Below, in pieces: positions 8,370 through 9,879 of a stretch of 9,879 nt of DNA. Source of the stretch: Octopus sinensis. Taxonomy: Eukaryota. The notes under the pieces are model-generated. The model worked only from the letters and a program-made list of their open reading frames with translations, did no database searches and was not told where the DNA came from. Position 1 is the stretch's first letter, and each line of letters opens with the position of its first letter. A program made the translations under genes and the position numbers. Location of the stretch: NCBI RefSeq assembly GCF_006345805.1, contig NW_021827724.1:1-9879 (forward strand), in the 5' to 3' direction.

Positions 8370-8757
8370 TAGATAAAGGTATACAATGTAGGTGTTCAAT
8401 TTCCTCGTGTATAGTTACTAATGTATAGTGGAAGACAATCAGGCAATAAATTACTTATTAAAAAATCGAAATAATTAAACTGTACATTAGTAACTATACA
8501 TATTTTGCATTAAACTCTACACATTAGGTTTATATTGATTTAATATGAACAGATATAATAGCACAATCTTCTTCAGCTTTATTGTACTTAACACTCCAGA
8601 TGATTATATTGTTTTACAGCTCTATTATGCAAAACCTTGCTCCCCTGCTAAGGGCTCTACCACTTGTGTACTATGTTCTTGATGTATGAATTTTTAATAG
8701 TTAACGGTTTGCAGCCGTTTACTCAATATGAGGAAATTGAACACTTACTTTGTATAC

Positions 8758-8848
8758 CTTTGTCTATCTCTGAAGAGGTTCGACTTTCAAATGTTTTTTG
8801 ATTTAATTAATCTTCTGAGAGCCTGAACTGAAACAGCTGTAAGGAAAG
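8758..8848 (+). ncRNA. Type I hammerhead-like motif, right arm
   Basis: CUGAAGA (8770-8776), helix II GGUUCG/UGAACU, GAAAC (8830-8834), palindromic ACAGCUGU helix III, GUA triplet (8839-8841); helix I 3 bp, extendable by 4 bp across a 5-nt bulge. Confidence 0.55.
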
Positions 8849-8923
8849 TTTGTCAATTTTTTAATTAATAAATAATAATTTATTGATTACCTTCCTATTT
8901 TCTCGTCGTATTATATATATGTA

Positions 8924-9319
8924 CTAGCAGTATCGCCCGGCGTTGCTCGGGTTTGTAAGGGAAATAACTATATAAGCATGTTTAGAGAGTTATAGCCACA
9001 AAATAGCAAAAAAATGCATTAAAAATGGAAAAAAAATTATGGTAAATTTTTTAAAAAATCGTTGACTCATCGTAGACATTTTTAGAGAGTTACTTCCCTT
9101 ATATAATAGCGAAAAATGTATTAAAATGGAAAAAATGATGGTAAATTATTTTTAAAATCGTAGACTCATCGTAGACGCGCGCTAATACCCAGAAGGGCTC
9201 GATATTAATCACGACTATAAGATACCCGGTTTTGGTTAAACTGCACCGCAAAATGTGGGAGTAGTTAGGAATCTAAATCGTAAGAGACAGATAAACAACT
9301 TCACTTTTATATATAAATA
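8924..9319 (-). mobile_element. Non-autonomous Helitron with internal 100-bp tandem duplication
   Basis: The minus strand ends with the hairpin CCCGAGCAACGCCGGG (8951-8936), 8 nt, then CTAG (8927-8924) followed by T: a canonical Helitron 3' end. The 5' TC end near 9310-9320 is degenerate. Duplicated units at 8977-9076 and 9077-9175. Confidence 0.85.
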
Positions 9320-9332
9320 ATATGTATATCTA

Positions 9333-9373
9333 ACTATCTATCTATCTATCTATCTATCGATCTATCTATCTAT
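9333..9373. repeat. (TATC)n microsatellite
   Basis: Seen directly. Confidence 0.95.
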
Positions 9374-9375
9374 AT

Positions 9376-9779
9376 AGGATATCTGACTCGCTAGAAAGAG
9401 CAGTTAAAACTCCAAGCCACCAATTGTTGTAATTCCGAAAGTGATTGGAAAAATTAAAACTTTTACCTTAATCCTAGACCCTGCAAGGTTTCTGCAAACT
9501 TAAATGCAGATTGAAATAAAATAATTTCAGTCTATATCTGGCGCTGCTTCTTCAGTAGGTTGCCAGGACCGAACACATAGACACGGAGCGATAAATAACC
9601 CGCCACGTGTCTATAGGTTCTTATTTTTCGAATCTACCGCGCAGGTGCGGAACTCAACCAGCACTAAACAAATAAATTGCCAATTTTCTTCCAGAATTTT
9701 TATTTTTTAATCACTTTCGGAATTACAACAATTGGTGGCTTGGAGTTTTAACTGCTCTTTCTAGCGAGTCAGATATCCT
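9376..9779. mobile_element. MITE / non-autonomous DNA transposon with ~70-bp perfect TIRs and a 2-bp palindromic TSD (AT or TA)
   Basis: 9374-9446 is the exact reverse complement of 9709-9781 (73/73, including the TSD); the 262-bp interior has no listed ORF. Confidence 0.93.
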
Positions 9780-9879
9780 ATTCTTCGGGCATCTCTTTTG
9801 TGTTTGAACGTACACTATTCTTCTCTGAATAATATATAGTCTATTGACTAATTTTTTTCTATCTCGCTAGACCACTGGT

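Larger units (their letters stand above)
8218..8914. mobile_element. Foldback element with ~187-bp imperfect inverted arms, possibly inverted Penelope-like pseudo-LTRs
   Basis: 8218-8406 is the reverse complement of 8730-8914 (about 20 substitutions and 2 small indels by eye); 37-bp perfect core 8248-8284/8848-8884. Confidence 0.88.

Noticed and set aside
9860-9879. CTCGCTAGA matching part of the MITE TIR at the window end
   Set aside because: Only 9 bp and truncated by the window edge; cannot be distinguished from chance.

Overview
AT-rich, microsatellite-dense eukaryotic non-coding DNA (intron or intergenic); I find no credible host protein-coding gene. Nearly all listed ORFs are simple-repeat artefacts. 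The repeat style resembles cephalopod (Octopus-like) genomes, which is my recollection rather than a database result. The window is a nest of mobile-element remnants: at least three tRNA-headed SINE families, a near-intact CR1-clade LINE 3' end (4212-4622), an R4/Dong-like LINE fragment with a CCHC zinc knuckle (minus strand), a non-autonomous Helitron (8924-~9319) and a young MITE bounded by a perfect 73-bp inverted repeat (9374-9781). The most interesting signal is a cluster of three minimal type I hammerhead-ribozyme-like motifs of the kind known from Penelope-like elements. One lies at 7870-7922, next to an apparent spliceosomal intron. Two sit in the arms of a ~700-bp foldback (8218-8914) and differ by a compensatory base-pair change in helix II. 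All are degenerate and none is shown to be active.
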